Assembly: GCA_966211215.1 (NCBI GenBank)
Contig: CBIHNR010000001.1
Location: 22,658-86,657, forward strand
Direction of reading: 5' to 3'
DNA: 64,000 nucleotides
From: an uncultured Pedobacter sp.
GTDB lineage: Bacteria > Bacteroidota > Bacteroidia > Sphingobacteriales > Sphingobacteriaceae
A model generated the notes under the pieces. That model worked only from the letters and a program-made list of their open reading frames with translations, was not told the origin of the DNA and searched no databases. Shown here piece after piece: positions 30,656 through 39,945 of this stretch. Position numbers and translations under genes: made by a program. The number at the start of each line of letters is the position of its first letter. The stretch's first letter is position 1.

Positions 30656-31954
30656 ATGAAACGATCATATATCAGCATATTTTTATTATTCATCACCCTA
30701 AATATTTGCGCTCAAAGTGTAGCCACTTCGTTTAGTGTTGCAGGAATAAAAGTGATTTTAAAGCCAACCAATAAAGATGTAATAGATGTTAATATGTATT
30801 ACAGGGGAGGGGTGTCAAATTATCCGGCATCTAAAGCAGGTTTAGAAAATCTGGCTTTGGCGGCAGCAACAGAGGCTGGAACAAAAAAATACACAGGCAA
30901 TGCTTTTCGTACCAGGGCCGAAACTTGCGGCATTGATATGGGAGGCTCTTCTACTTATGATTTTGGGCTTATCAGCATGACTTGCATTTCCAGGTTTTTC
31001 AACGAAGGCTGGAATCTTTTTACCGAAGCAGTCAACAATCCGGTTTTTGACCAACGTGAACTAGACTTGCTAAAAGAGAAAGTTATTTCTGGAGTAAAGC
31101 AATCTGAGTCTGACCCTGACGAACGCATTGAGCAATTAACTATGCAAAACGCTTACGCCGGTACCCCTTATGCTACTGATCCTAATGGCGATGAAGCGTC
31201 GCTTTCAAAGCTTACTGCCTTAGATATAAAGAATTACTATTATAACACGCTGCTAAATAAAAACCGTGTATTTATTGTTATCGTGGGCAACATCAGCAAA
31301 GAGGCAGTTACCAGCAAAATAATGGCATCGTTTGCAAAAATGCCGGTTAAACCATACAAGCAAGTGACGTTGAACAATCCTGTTGGCGAAGGTAAGTTTT
31401 TGATGGAGAAGCGACAGTTGGCTACCAACTATATCACTGCCAGCCTAAATGCGCCCAAAGTGAACAGTCCGGATTATCTTCCATTCAGGTTGGCTATTTC
31501 GAATTTAAGCAATAAGCTTTTTAGAGAAATTCGCACCAAGAGAAACTTATCATATGCCCCTTATGCCTATGCAACTACACGTTTAATGCCTTATGCAGTA
31601 ATGTACGTAAGCACAACAGAGCCAAAAGCGTCGGTTGAGATTATGATTGAGGAATTAAGAAAGCTTAGAGATAATGGCTTTACAGAAGATGAATTACGTT
31701 CCGGAAAGAGCAATTTTATAACTACCAACTACATGAAGGAAGAAAGCAGTGGGGCCATTGCTGCAGCTCTTGGTAATGCCGAGATTATGGGCGATTGGAG
31801 AATTGCTGATGAAGCTGCTGACAGAGTTAATAAGGTAACGCTGGATGAATTAAATGCCGTTCTGAAAAAATATGTAAAAGATCTGCGCTGGAGCTATTTG
31901 GGCGACGAGAAGTTAGCAAACGAAAATGCGGATGTGTTTAAGAGTAAAATATAG
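30656..31954 (+). CDS. M16-family peptidase-like protein (no HxxEH; non-catalytic partner type)
   Basis: Signal peptide and M16 fold-like length and layout. It lacks the HxxEH motif and is adjacent to the active-type paralog. Confidence 0.75.
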   Translation: MKRSYISIFLLFITLNICAQSVATSFSVAGIKVILKPTNKDVIDVNMYYRGGVSNYPASKAGLENLALAAATEAGTKKYTGNAFRTRAETCGIDMGGSSTYDFGLISMTCISRFFNEGWNLFTEAVNNPVFDQRELDLLKEKVISGVKQSESDPDERIEQLTMQNAYAGTPYATDPNGDEASLSKLTALDIKNYYYNTLLNKNRVFIVIVGNISKEAVTSKIMASFAKMPVKPYKQVTLNNPVGEGKFLMEKRQLATNYITASLNAPKVNSPDYLPFRLAISNLSNKLFREIRTKRNLSYAPYAYATTRLMPYAVMYVSTTEPKASVEIMIEELRKLRDNGFTEDELRSGKSNFITTNYMKEESSGAIAAALGNAEIMGDWRIADEAADRVNKVTLDELNAVLKKYVKDLRWSYLGDEKLANENADVFKSKI

Positions 31955-31991
31955 CTGATAGCTGTCAGGTATGAGCCGTCAGCTATCAGCT
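31952..31991 (+). terminator. hairpin starting at the stop codon of the second M16 gene
   Basis: TAGCTGATAGCTG ... CAGCTATCAGCTA, a 13-bp perfect inverted repeat with a 14-nt loop. There is no strong T-tract. Confidence 0.55.
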
Positions 31992-32009
31992 AATTAAAGC
32001 CTTTATTGA

Positions 32010-32942
32010 ATGAGTAGTATTTTAACGATAACACTAAATCCAACGGTAGACAAGAGTTCGAGTATCGACAAGCTAGTGCCCGAAAAGAAACTGAGGTGTG
32101 CCCCGCCGGTTTTTGAGCCAGGCGGCGGCGGGATTAATGTTTCAAGAGGATTGAGACGGCTGGGGTTTGAATCAACTGCGTTTTTCCCTTCGGGAGGAAG
32201 AACAGGCAAGATGCTAGAAAGCCTTTTGGAAAAGGAAAACATAAAAAATAAAGCTATTGCGGTTGCAGGTGAAACAAGGGAGAATTTTATAGTAGTAGAA
32301 ACCGGAACTAACCAACAATTTCGTTTTGGGATGCCGGGTTCTGAAATATCTTCAGAAGAACAAAAGTCTTTACTCGATGCTCTAAATAGCTTACGCCCAT
32401 TTCCAGATTTTGTGGTAGTAAGTGGCAGCTTACCTCCAGGCATAAAGCCCGAGTTTTTAAAGGAAATTGTTAATGCTGCGAAAGCGAAAGGTGCAAAAGT
32501 AATTGCAGATACGTCGGGGGAGGCATTAAAGCAAATGGTGGATGCGGGAGTTTTCTTGTTGAAACCCAATCTCGGCGAATTGGGCAACCTGGTGGGGATT
32601 GAAACACTGGATAATGATTCTGCCGATGAAGCAGCGCAAAAGCTTATACACGAAGGCAAAACAGAAGCAATAGTGGTTTCGCTGGGCCCGCAGGGTGCAT
32701 ATCTGGTAACTAAGGATATTACAAAGCTTGTTCCTGCCCCAGCGGTAAAAAAGTTGAGCACCGTAGGAGCCGGCGATAGCATGGTTGCTGGCATGGTTTC
32801 CGTTTTAGCCAAAGGCGGAAGTTTTATTGAAATGGTAAGAATGGGGGTAGCTTGCGGAAGCGCGGCCACCATGAACTCAGGAACCCAATTATTTAAAAAT
32901 GAAGATGCGGAACGCTTATTTGACTATTTAAGCAGGGAATGA
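32010..32942 (+). CDS. PfkB-family hexose/1-phosphofructokinase-like kinase
   Basis: ITLNP.VD, GGGGINVSR, and the C-terminal GAGDSMVAG ATP-binding motif. Confidence 0.85.
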   Translation: MSSILTITLNPTVDKSSSIDKLVPEKKLRCAPPVFEPGGGGINVSRGLRRLGFESTAFFPSGGRTGKMLESLLEKENIKNKAIAVAGETRENFIVVETGTNQQFRFGMPGSEISSEEQKSLLDALNSLRPFPDFVVVSGSLPPGIKPEFLKEIVNAAKAKGAKVIADTSGEALKQMVDAGVFLLKPNLGELGNLVGIETLDNDSADEAAQKLIHEGKTEAIVVSLGPQGAYLVTKDITKLVPAPAVKKLSTVGAGDSMVAGMVSVLAKGGSFIEMVRMGVACGSAATMNSGTQLFKNEDAERLFDYLSRE

Positions 32943-33059
32943 TGCTGATAGCTCTCATAGCTATTAGCTATGCAATCATCAATTTGACAATTCATACATT
33001 CATCAGCAAACCTTTCCCTTTATCAAATTCCTATATTTGCGCAGATTTATTTGTCGACA

Positions 33060-33680
33060 ATGGAATTACAACAGCTGATAAAAGATATAGTAAAAGACAC
33101 AGATGCGCATTGTCGCTGGCTAAATACACTTTCCATTATGGAGAACACCGGTGCCCGTAAAATATCGGCATGCGAGCACAAAACGGATGTTACTTTAATC
33201 GTGCTAAAACATGCAGCTGAAGAGCATCGCCATGCTTATTATCTTAAAAAACAGATAGGTAAACTGGCTGAAACAGGCTATGAAACTTATGCTGATGAAC
33301 ATTTAGTAGCACCATTTGATAGTCGTTTTTATTTAAATAAGCTTGATGTTGAGGTTTGTAAATATTTAAAAGCAGAACTTGGCCTTAGCGGTTATGAGTT
33401 AAAGTTTGCAGCATACTTATTGGTTACCTATGCTATTGAAGTAAGGGCTGATGAACTTTATCCAGTTTATCAACAGGCTCTGGATGAAATAAAGAGCAAG
33501 GTAAATGTAAAATCGATTATTCTTGAAGAAGAGGGGCATCTGGAAGAGATGCTTGCACAGCTTAAAAACTTTTCTCCAGAGTGGGAGAGACATGCCCAAA
33601 AAGCAGTAGACATCGAGTCACAATTATTTACCAACTGGGTGTCTGCACTTAGTAAAGAAATAGAAACAGTTAATTCATAA
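33060..33680 (+). CDS. hypothetical protein with a ferritin-like di-iron carboxylate signature
   Basis: The pattern E31 ... E58-x-x-H61 ... E130 ... E160-x-x-H163 (track numbering) matches the spacing of four-helix-bundle di-iron proteins. It is predicted all-helical. No specific family was recognised. Confidence 0.5.
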   Translation: MELQQLIKDIVKDTDAHCRWLNTLSIMENTGARKISACEHKTDVTLIVLKHAAEEHRHAYYLKKQIGKLAETGYETYADEHLVAPFDSRFYLNKLDVEVCKYLKAELGLSGYELKFAAYLLVTYAIEVRADELYPVYQQALDEIKSKVNVKSIILEEEGHLEEMLAQLKNFSPEWERHAQKAVDIESQLFTNWVSALSKEIETVNS

Positions 33681-33890
33681 AGAAACATAAAAGGCGCCCG
33701 GGACAGGCAATACGCTTGCCAGGCGCTTTAAAATCTATAGTATCGACGAGACAGGGGGGATTAGCATGTATTGCTTCTAAGTTATTCCCATATTTTCTCC
33801 CTTGAATTAATCAAAAATCTCTTATTTCATTTTTTCTATTAAGCGGATTAGGACAGCGCCTAATTGCATTTAATTGGTTTACTTTGCGGC

Positions 33891-35231
33891 ATGCAATGGG
33901 AAAAATTACTTTCAGCCAAACGATGGGGCAGCGAGTCAAAGGTTCAAAGCCAGGAAGAAGCACGTTCTGAGTTTCAAATTGACTACGACCGCCTTATTTT
34001 TTCATCGCCCTTTAGAAGACTGCAAAATAAAACCCAGGTGTTTCCCTTGCCGGGAAGTGTATTTGTGCACAACAGGTTGACCCATAGCTTGGAAGTGGCC
34101 AGTGTTGGGAGATCGTTAGGCAGGATTTTTTATAACAAGCTTAAAGAAAAGGAACCCGATGTGGACGACCGCTTACCGCTGGTTAGTGAAGTTGGAAACA
34201 TTGTTGCAGCTGCCTGCCTGGCCCATGACATGGGCAATCCTGCATTTGGCCATTCGGGGGAATCTGCAATATCCTATTACTTCAGGGAAGGAGAGGGGAA
34301 AAATTACAAGGCTGAGGTAACTGAAAAACAATGGCATGACCTTATTAATTTCGAAGGTAATGCAAATGCTCTGCGTATCCTCACGCATTCCTACACAGGT
34401 AAAGGAAATGGCAGTTTTGCTTTAACATATTCTACTCTGGCAGCCATTGCGAAATATCCCTGTGCCGCTATTGTAGGGCATAACAAAACAAATATCTATA
34501 CGAAGAAGTATGGCTTTTTCCAGTCGGAGGAGGCTTCTTTTATTAAAATTGCCGAAGAGCTTGGCCTGGCAAAGGTACAAGATGAACCACTAATCTATAA
34601 GCGGCACCCACTGGTTTACCTGGTCGAAGCGGCAGATGATATTTGCTACAATATTATTGATTTGGAGGATGCCCACCGCCTCAAAATTTTAAGTTATCAG
34701 GAGATTGAAGATTTGTTGCTGCCACTTTGTTACAGCGAGAGTTTGCCAGGACGCTTAAAGGAATTTGATGATGACGATGCAAAAGTTGGTTTGTTAAGAG
34801 CTCGCTCGATAGGTGCAATGGTTAAAGCCTGTTCGGATGTGTTTTTTCATAATCAGGAAACGCTTTTAAAAGGCGACTTTAACAAATCGCTTACTGATGT
34901 TATACCAGCAGAATTGCTTGCAGCCTGGAAAAAAATCGAGAGTGTATCGGTAAAAAAGATTTATAATTATTCATCAGTGGTTCAGATTGAAGTTGCGGGT
35001 TATAAGGTTATTGGCGGCTTGCTCGAAGAGTTTATCCCGGCTTACCTTAAAAACGAATCAAAGTATCATAAAAAGCTTGTGGACCTTATTCCAAAACAGT
35101 TTCATACCGATAAAGAAGATACCTATTCAAAAATTATGTCAGTGCTTGATTTTGTGTCGGGCATGACTGATATTTACGCAGTTGAGCTTTTCAGAAAGAT
35201 CAAAGGAATATCGTTTCCATCTATGAGTTAG
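33891..35231 (+). CDS. dgt: dGTP triphosphohydrolase-like HD-domain protein
   Basis: F..DYDR..FS..FRRL..KTQV, the HD motif RLTHSLEV...AHDMGNPAFGH, and a C-terminal DF.SGMTD. The ATG at 33891 follows a -7-like box (TTACTTTG). Confidence 0.85.
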   Translation: MQWEKLLSAKRWGSESKVQSQEEARSEFQIDYDRLIFSSPFRRLQNKTQVFPLPGSVFVHNRLTHSLEVASVGRSLGRIFYNKLKEKEPDVDDRLPLVSEVGNIVAAACLAHDMGNPAFGHSGESAISYYFREGEGKNYKAEVTEKQWHDLINFEGNANALRILTHSYTGKGNGSFALTYSTLAAIAKYPCAAIVGHNKTNIYTKKYGFFQSEEASFIKIAEELGLAKVQDEPLIYKRHPLVYLVEAADDICYNIIDLEDAHRLKILSYQEIEDLLLPLCYSESLPGRLKEFDDDDAKVGLLRARSIGAMVKACSDVFFHNQETLLKGDFNKSLTDVIPAELLAAWKKIESVSVKKIYNYSSVVQIEVAGYKVIGGLLEEFIPAYLKNESKYHKKLVDLIPKQFHTDKEDTYSKIMSVLDFVSGMTDIYAVELFRKIKGISFPSMS

Positions 35232-35234
35232 ATA

Positions 35235-36104
35235 ATGAAACCCCAGTTATTAAAAGTGGCATCGGGCCCAGCCCATTCATTTAGCGTCCGCCAGGATATA
35301 CAGCCGGATATAAACAACAAATGGCACTATCATAAAGAAGTAGAAATTATCCATTTTAAGCGGGGGGCAGGCACGCAATTTATAGGCGACAGCATACAAC
35401 GTTTTCAGGCTGGGGATACGGTAATTCTTGGTGCTAATTTGCCCCACTACTGGCGTTTCGATGAGGTTTATTTTAGTGGAGAAAGCCATGATCCCGTAGA
35501 TATTTTGGTAACCCATTTTTGTGAGGACTTTTGGGGCGATACTTTTTTAAACCTGCCGGAAAATAAATCAATAAAAGGTTTATTGGAGAGGGCACAGCAA
35601 GGCCTTAAAATCAGTGGCTACAATAAGCCGAAAATTGTTGAGCTGTTGGATAGTATGCTGCAAGCCGAAGGGCCAGAGAGACTAACCCTTCTTATCCAAA
35701 CCCTTACCGAAATATCAAAGTCAGAGAAGCAGGAAGCCATTTCATCCGTTAACTTCAGATACACGTTGGCAGAAAAAGAAAGTGATAAGATCAACGATAT
35801 CTACAACTATTCAATGGCAAACCTCAGCCGTAAAATCACCTTAGAAGAGGTAGCTGCAGTTGCGGGTATAAGCCCTAATTCATTTTGCCGTTTTTTCAAA
35901 TCGCGAACCCGTAAAACCTATTCAGAATTCTTAAATGAGATTAGGGTTGGAAGAGCCTGTATGTTGTTGATAGACAATCAGCTGAATGTTAAGCAGGTTT
36001 GCTTTGAAAGCGGCTTTAATAATTTTGCCAGCTTTCATAAATGTTTTAAACACGTAACCGGAAAGAGTCCACTGGTTTATCAAAAGGAATTCATCAAAAA
36101 ATAG
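35235..36104 (+). CDS. AraC-family transcriptional regulator (cupin sensor + HTH)
   Basis: N-terminal cupin-like region (WHYHKEVEI) and a C-terminal AraC HTH (FCRFFK..TGK...YL...R, GF.N...F...FK). It starts 4 nt after dgt. Confidence 0.85.
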   Translation: MKPQLLKVASGPAHSFSVRQDIQPDINNKWHYHKEVEIIHFKRGAGTQFIGDSIQRFQAGDTVILGANLPHYWRFDEVYFSGESHDPVDILVTHFCEDFWGDTFLNLPENKSIKGLLERAQQGLKISGYNKPKIVELLDSMLQAEGPERLTLLIQTLTEISKSEKQEAISSVNFRYTLAEKESDKINDIYNYSMANLSRKITLEEVAAVAGISPNSFCRFFKSRTRKTYSEFLNEIRVGRACMLLIDNQLNVKQVCFESGFNNFASFHKCFKHVTGKSPLVYQKEFIKK

Positions 36105-36117
36105 GCGCTTATCATCT

Positions 36118-36987
36118 ATGGCTGGCAGTGCTCCAAAAAGAAATAAAGATTTACCTATCCAGGAACTGCTTGAAGGAGAATATTTCAGAATTTATCGCCT
36201 TCATAAAAGCTTGAATAGCCTTTCGGTAATTCCACACAGGCATGACCATTACGAGCTCATGGTAGTCACCTCGGGGGAGGGCTACCACTCCATAAACTTT
36301 AAACCCTACCAACTGGTACCCGGAAGAGTGTTTTTTCTTCACCCCGGGCAAGTGCATTTAATTGACGAATTTGAGCGTGATGGATGGCTGGTTCTTTTTG
36401 GGGAAGAGTTATTTAAGCGTTTTCTGGATATTCATAAAAATGAGGACGAATACGGCTTGTTGGATTCGTACACCGCCTATCCTTATATCAGCCTCACAAA
36501 CGAATTAGAAACACTCTTCTTCTTTGTTATTGAACAGGCAAAGCTACAGCTGGAATCCGGCCGGCCTGACGCTGATATTTTACTGCATTATGTTTCGCTT
36601 CTATTATTGCAGGCAAATAAGGCACACCTGGCCGAGCACCCCCTGCAGTTTGCAACTGCAAAGCAAAAACAATTGCTGCATCAGCTAAAAAAAGTATTGG
36701 AGAGCAATTTTAAGGAGCAGCACCAGGCCGCTTTTTATGCTAAGGAACTCGCAACCGACATCAAACACCTAAATAAGGTTTGCAGGCAGGCTACAGGTTT
36801 GACGGTTTACCAGTTAATACAGGAACGCTTGCTAACCGAAAGTAAAATATTGCTTCAAACATCCGCACTCTCTGTTAAAGAAATAAGCTATAACCTTGGC
36901 TTCAATGATCCTGCTTTTTTCGGGAGGTTTTTCAAGAAATATACCAATATAACACCTTTAAAATTTAAGCAAAGCAGAATGCATTAA
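36118..36987 (+). CDS. AraC-family transcriptional regulator (second, divergent paralog)
   Basis: Cupin-like N-terminus (PHRHDHYELMVV) and a C-terminal AraC HTH (GFNDPAFFGRFFKKYT..TP). Confidence 0.85.
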   Translation: MAGSAPKRNKDLPIQELLEGEYFRIYRLHKSLNSLSVIPHRHDHYELMVVTSGEGYHSINFKPYQLVPGRVFFLHPGQVHLIDEFERDGWLVLFGEELFKRFLDIHKNEDEYGLLDSYTAYPYISLTNELETLFFFVIEQAKLQLESGRPDADILLHYVSLLLLQANKAHLAEHPLQFATAKQKQLLHQLKKVLESNFKEQHQAAFYAKELATDIKHLNKVCRQATGLTVYQLIQERLLTESKILLQTSALSVKEISYNLGFNDPAFFGRFFKKYTNITPLKFKQSRMH

Positions 36988-37034
36988 TGCTGTAAACCAC
37001 CCGAAATATACCAGAATGTAAGAGGTGGCTAAGT

Positions 37035-37042
37035 TACTTTTG
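37035..37042 (+). promoter_or_regulatory. -7 promoter box (TACTTTTG)
   Basis: TAnnTTTG match 9 nt upstream of the ATG at 37051. Confidence 0.45.
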
Positions 37043-37050
37043 TATCCGTT

Positions 37051-38073
37051 ATGAGCGAGCAACGGAATGCGTTGATCGCAATTGGCTTCGGTGCAATTGC
37101 GTCTGTTTTTTTATCTTCTACATTTATAATCAATAGTTTACTTTCTGGGTCTGGAGGCTATTGGGCTTGGACTGCTGCATTAAGGTGTGTTTTTCTGGTT
37201 CCCATTCTATCACTAGTCCTGGTGTTGTCTAAACAACTTAGCCCGTTATTTACAGTTTTAAGACGGGAGCCGATTTTATTTATTAAGTGGGGGACAACAG
37301 GGTTCGGCATACTATATATGTCGCTTGCACTTGCCTCACTTTACTCCCCCGGTTGGATGGTTGCCGCCGCCTTTCAGGTAAATATTTTGGCCGGAATTCT
37401 CTTATCTCCCTTTATCTATCCCGACAGGAAGAGGCGAAAAATTCCAGCAAAGCCATTAATGCTATCCATAATACTGGTAGTGGGTATCTTTATTACTCAA
37501 CTCGAAAAATTAAATACCGCAGGATCCATGGGATCAATAGCTCTAAGCCTTGTCATTGTGCTGGCAGGTGCTATTGTTTGGCCTTTAGGAAATCGCAAGT
37601 TGCTGGTAGCACTCGAGTCGAAAAATATTCAGTTAAATGCCACTCAGCGCGTGTTAGGAATGAGTATAGGAAGCATGCCTTTGGTGTTTGTGCTAGTTTT
37701 ATTCGCATACAAAAATGCAGGCTTGCCAAGCTTTTCACAATGCGAAGCCTCAGCCTACTCGGCTTTATTTTCGGGCTTCTTTGGAGGAGTTACATTTTAC
37801 AAGGCAAGCCAAATGGTTAAACACAATACAGTTGCCCTTTCCACTATCGAAGCAACTCAAGTGTTCGAGATCTTTTTTACGCTGATAGGTGAAATGCTCT
37901 TGAAAGGTGCTTCTTTACCTGGTATTTATGGACAGGTGGGAATGTTGATTGTTATAGTTGGGATGGCCATACATATGCGAAATACGCTCTTGCATAGTCG
38001 GACCATTCGCAAAGCGGCACAACTCAACATGAAGAAACAAGAGCCTGTAGCCCTGTTATTAGAAGCAGTTTAA
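37051..38073 (+). CDS. 10-TM integral membrane transporter (DMT/multidrug-efflux-like family)
   Basis: 340 aa with about ten hydrophobic helices in two halves. The family assignment is tentative. Confidence 0.6.
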   Translation: MSEQRNALIAIGFGAIASVFLSSTFIINSLLSGSGGYWAWTAALRCVFLVPILSLVLVLSKQLSPLFTVLRREPILFIKWGTTGFGILYMSLALASLYSPGWMVAAAFQVNILAGILLSPFIYPDRKRRKIPAKPLMLSIILVVGIFITQLEKLNTAGSMGSIALSLVIVLAGAIVWPLGNRKLLVALESKNIQLNATQRVLGMSIGSMPLVFVLVLFAYKNAGLPSFSQCEASAYSALFSGFFGGVTFYKASQMVKHNTVALSTIEATQVFEIFFTLIGEMLLKGASLPGIYGQVGMLIVIVGMAIHMRNTLLHSRTIRKAAQLNMKKQEPVALLLEAV

Positions 38074-38075
38074 TA

Positions 38076-38115
38076 AATTTCAAATAAAAGATGTTTTTGT
38101 CTTTTATTTGAAATT
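38076..38115. promoter_or_regulatory. 16-bp perfect inverted repeat (terminator and/or Rrf2 operator)
   Basis: AATTTCAAATAAAAGA-(8 nt)-TCTTTTATTTGAAATT lies between the transporter stop and the rrf2 -7 box (TATATTTG, 38125..38132). The half-site CAAATAAAAGAT recurs upstream of hmp at 38590..38601. Confidence 0.6.
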
Positions 38116-38141
38116 GTCAAGCACTATATTTGCCCCGGGAT

Positions 38142-38579
38142 ATGGGAGTATTTTCTAGGACATGCGAATATGCAATGCGGGCAGTGTTTTTTGTGGCTCA
38201 TCGTACTGCTAATGGCGGTAGGGTAGGCATCAAAGAAATTGCCACAGGGATAGACTCTCCCGAGCATTTCCTGGCTAAGATATTGCAAGACCTGAGCCGC
38301 AGAGGAATTATTCAATCAGTAAAAGGGCCTAACGGAGGTTTTTTTGTAGACTCTGTTAATTTGCAGCGCCCCTTGTCTGAAGTAGTAGAAGCGGTTGATG
38401 GTAATGGGCTTTTTACTGGTTGTGGCCTTGGTTTAGAATACTGTTCGGAAACAAATCCCTGTCCCTTACATAACGAGTTTAAATCTATACGTAATCAAAT
38501 TCAACAAATGCTTACCACAACAACAATCGGCGAGTTTAATGAAGATCTTAACTTGGGTATTACCTCACTGAAAAAATAA
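38142..38579 (+). CDS. Rrf2-family transcriptional regulator (NsrR-like by context)
   Basis: Rrf2 N-terminal wHTH (FSRTCEYAMRAV...I.....P..FL.KIL..L...G...S..G..GG) and a Cys cluster (C..GLEYCSETNPCPLH). The ATG at 38142 is preferred because the track start at 38130 lies inside the -7 box. Confidence 0.85.
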   Translation: MGVFSRTCEYAMRAVFFVAHRTANGGRVGIKEIATGIDSPEHFLAKILQDLSRRGIIQSVKGPNGGFFVDSVNLQRPLSEVVEAVDGNGLFTGCGLGLEYCSETNPCPLHNEFKSIRNQIQQMLTTTTIGEFNEDLNLGITSLKK

Positions 38580-38632
38580 AAAATTTGCCCAAATAAAAGA
38601 TAAAAAGGTGTTTATATATTTTAATTTATATC

Positions 38633-39838
38633 ATGACAGAAGAACAGAAACAATTGATTAAAGCAACAATCCCTATTTTGCGTGAGCATGGAGTGCTATT
38701 AACCAGCCATTTCTATAAACGGATGTTTACGCACAATCCCGAATTGAAGAATATCTTCAATATGGGTAATCAGCAAAATAATAAGCAGCAAACAGCCCTT
38801 GCTATGGCCGTGTTGGCCTATGCCGAAAATATTGATAACCCTGCAGTATTAATGCCTGCGGTTGATAGAATGGGCCAAAAACATACCAGCCTGGACATTC
38901 GCCCGGAACATTATGCTATTGTGGGTAATCACTTAATTGCTTCAATATCTGAAGTTTTAGGTGAAGGGGCTACGCCAGAAATATTGGATGCATGGACTGT
39001 GGCTTATAATCAGTTAGCCGCAATCATGTCGGGCCACGAAAGCAAAATTTATAGCCAGCAAGCTCAGAAAAAAGGAGGTTGGACCGGTTGGAAACCATTT
39101 ATTGTAAAGCGTAAAGAGGTTGAATCTGCCGAGATAACATCTTTCTATTTATTTCCTGCTGATGGGGGAGAGGTGGCAAGTTTTCTGCCTGGGCAATATA
39201 TAAGCGTCCGTTTATTTTTACCGGAATTAAGCTTAATGCAACCCAGGCAGTACAGTATTTCAAGTGCCCCTAATGGGCAGTACTATCGAATTTCTGTAAA
39301 GCGCGAAGCTTTAAATACTACGCCCGACGGAATGATCAGTAACCGCCTGCATGATTTTGTTAGCGAAGGTGATGTGATTGAAGTTACAGCTCCGGCAGGA
39401 AGCTTCACTTTAACAGATAATGATGGCCGCGAAGTTGTTTTTATAAGTGGAGGCGTGGGCCAAACCCCTCTGATCAGTATGCTTGAAAGCTTGATTAATA
39501 ACGGAAGCAAACGGCCTAAGACCTGGATTCACGGTTGCCGAAATAAAGATGTACATGCGTTTAAAAGCCTAATCGAAGCATGGGAAACGAAGGATCAAAA
39601 CCTGAAAAAGCATGTTTTTTATAATACAACTTCCGGACAAGACGATAACTCAATTTTGAATGGAGTAGTTGATCTGAGCAAGTTGGATGACACATTGTTT
39701 AATTCTGAGAAAGAGTATTATATATGTGGGCCAGCGGTTTTTATAGAAAAACATTACCAGGATTTAATAGCAAGAGGCATTAAAAAAGAGCTAATTAATT
39801 TCGAGGAATTTGGGCCGCAAACGCTGAATTTGAATTAA
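38633..39838 (+). CDS. hmp: flavohemoprotein / nitric oxide dioxygenase
   Basis: N-terminal globin (FY.RMF..NPELKN.FN) fused to an FAD/NAD(P)-binding reductase (RQYS.S, GGVGQTP). Confidence 0.93.
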   Translation: MTEEQKQLIKATIPILREHGVLLTSHFYKRMFTHNPELKNIFNMGNQQNNKQQTALAMAVLAYAENIDNPAVLMPAVDRMGQKHTSLDIRPEHYAIVGNHLIASISEVLGEGATPEILDAWTVAYNQLAAIMSGHESKIYSQQAQKKGGWTGWKPFIVKRKEVESAEITSFYLFPADGGEVASFLPGQYISVRLFLPELSLMQPRQYSISSAPNGQYYRISVKREALNTTPDGMISNRLHDFVSEGDVIEVTAPAGSFTLTDNDGREVVFISGGVGQTPLISMLESLINNGSKRPKTWIHGCRNKDVHAFKSLIEAWETKDQNLKKHVFYNTTSGQDDNSILNGVVDLSKLDDTLFNSEKEYYICGPAVFIEKHYQDLIARGIKKELINFEEFGPQTLNLN

Positions 39839-39860
39839 GCTTAGTATTCTACTATTTAAA

Positions 39861-39894
39861 GGATGCCGGGTAATGCCAGAGGCATCCTTTTTTA
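39861..39894 (+). terminator. rho-independent terminator after hmp
   Basis: AGGATGCC-(13 nt)-GGCATCCT followed by TTTTTT. Confidence 0.75.
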
Positions 39895-39945
39895 TGCAAG
39901 CTGTTTTCGTCCTCAACAATTTTAAAGCTTGCTGTTTTTACTTAT

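Noticed and set aside
32003-32872. 289-aa ORF antisense to pfkB
   Set aside because: The translation is low-complexity (P/A/S/T-rich) with no motifs. It exactly shadows a well-supported PfkB-family gene on the other strand, so it is a typical antisense shadow ORF.
37287-37820. 177-aa alternative-frame ORF inside the 10-TM transporter gene
   Set aside because: It is Arg/Cys/Ser-rich nonsense composition. The overlapping frame encodes a coherent multi-helix membrane protein.
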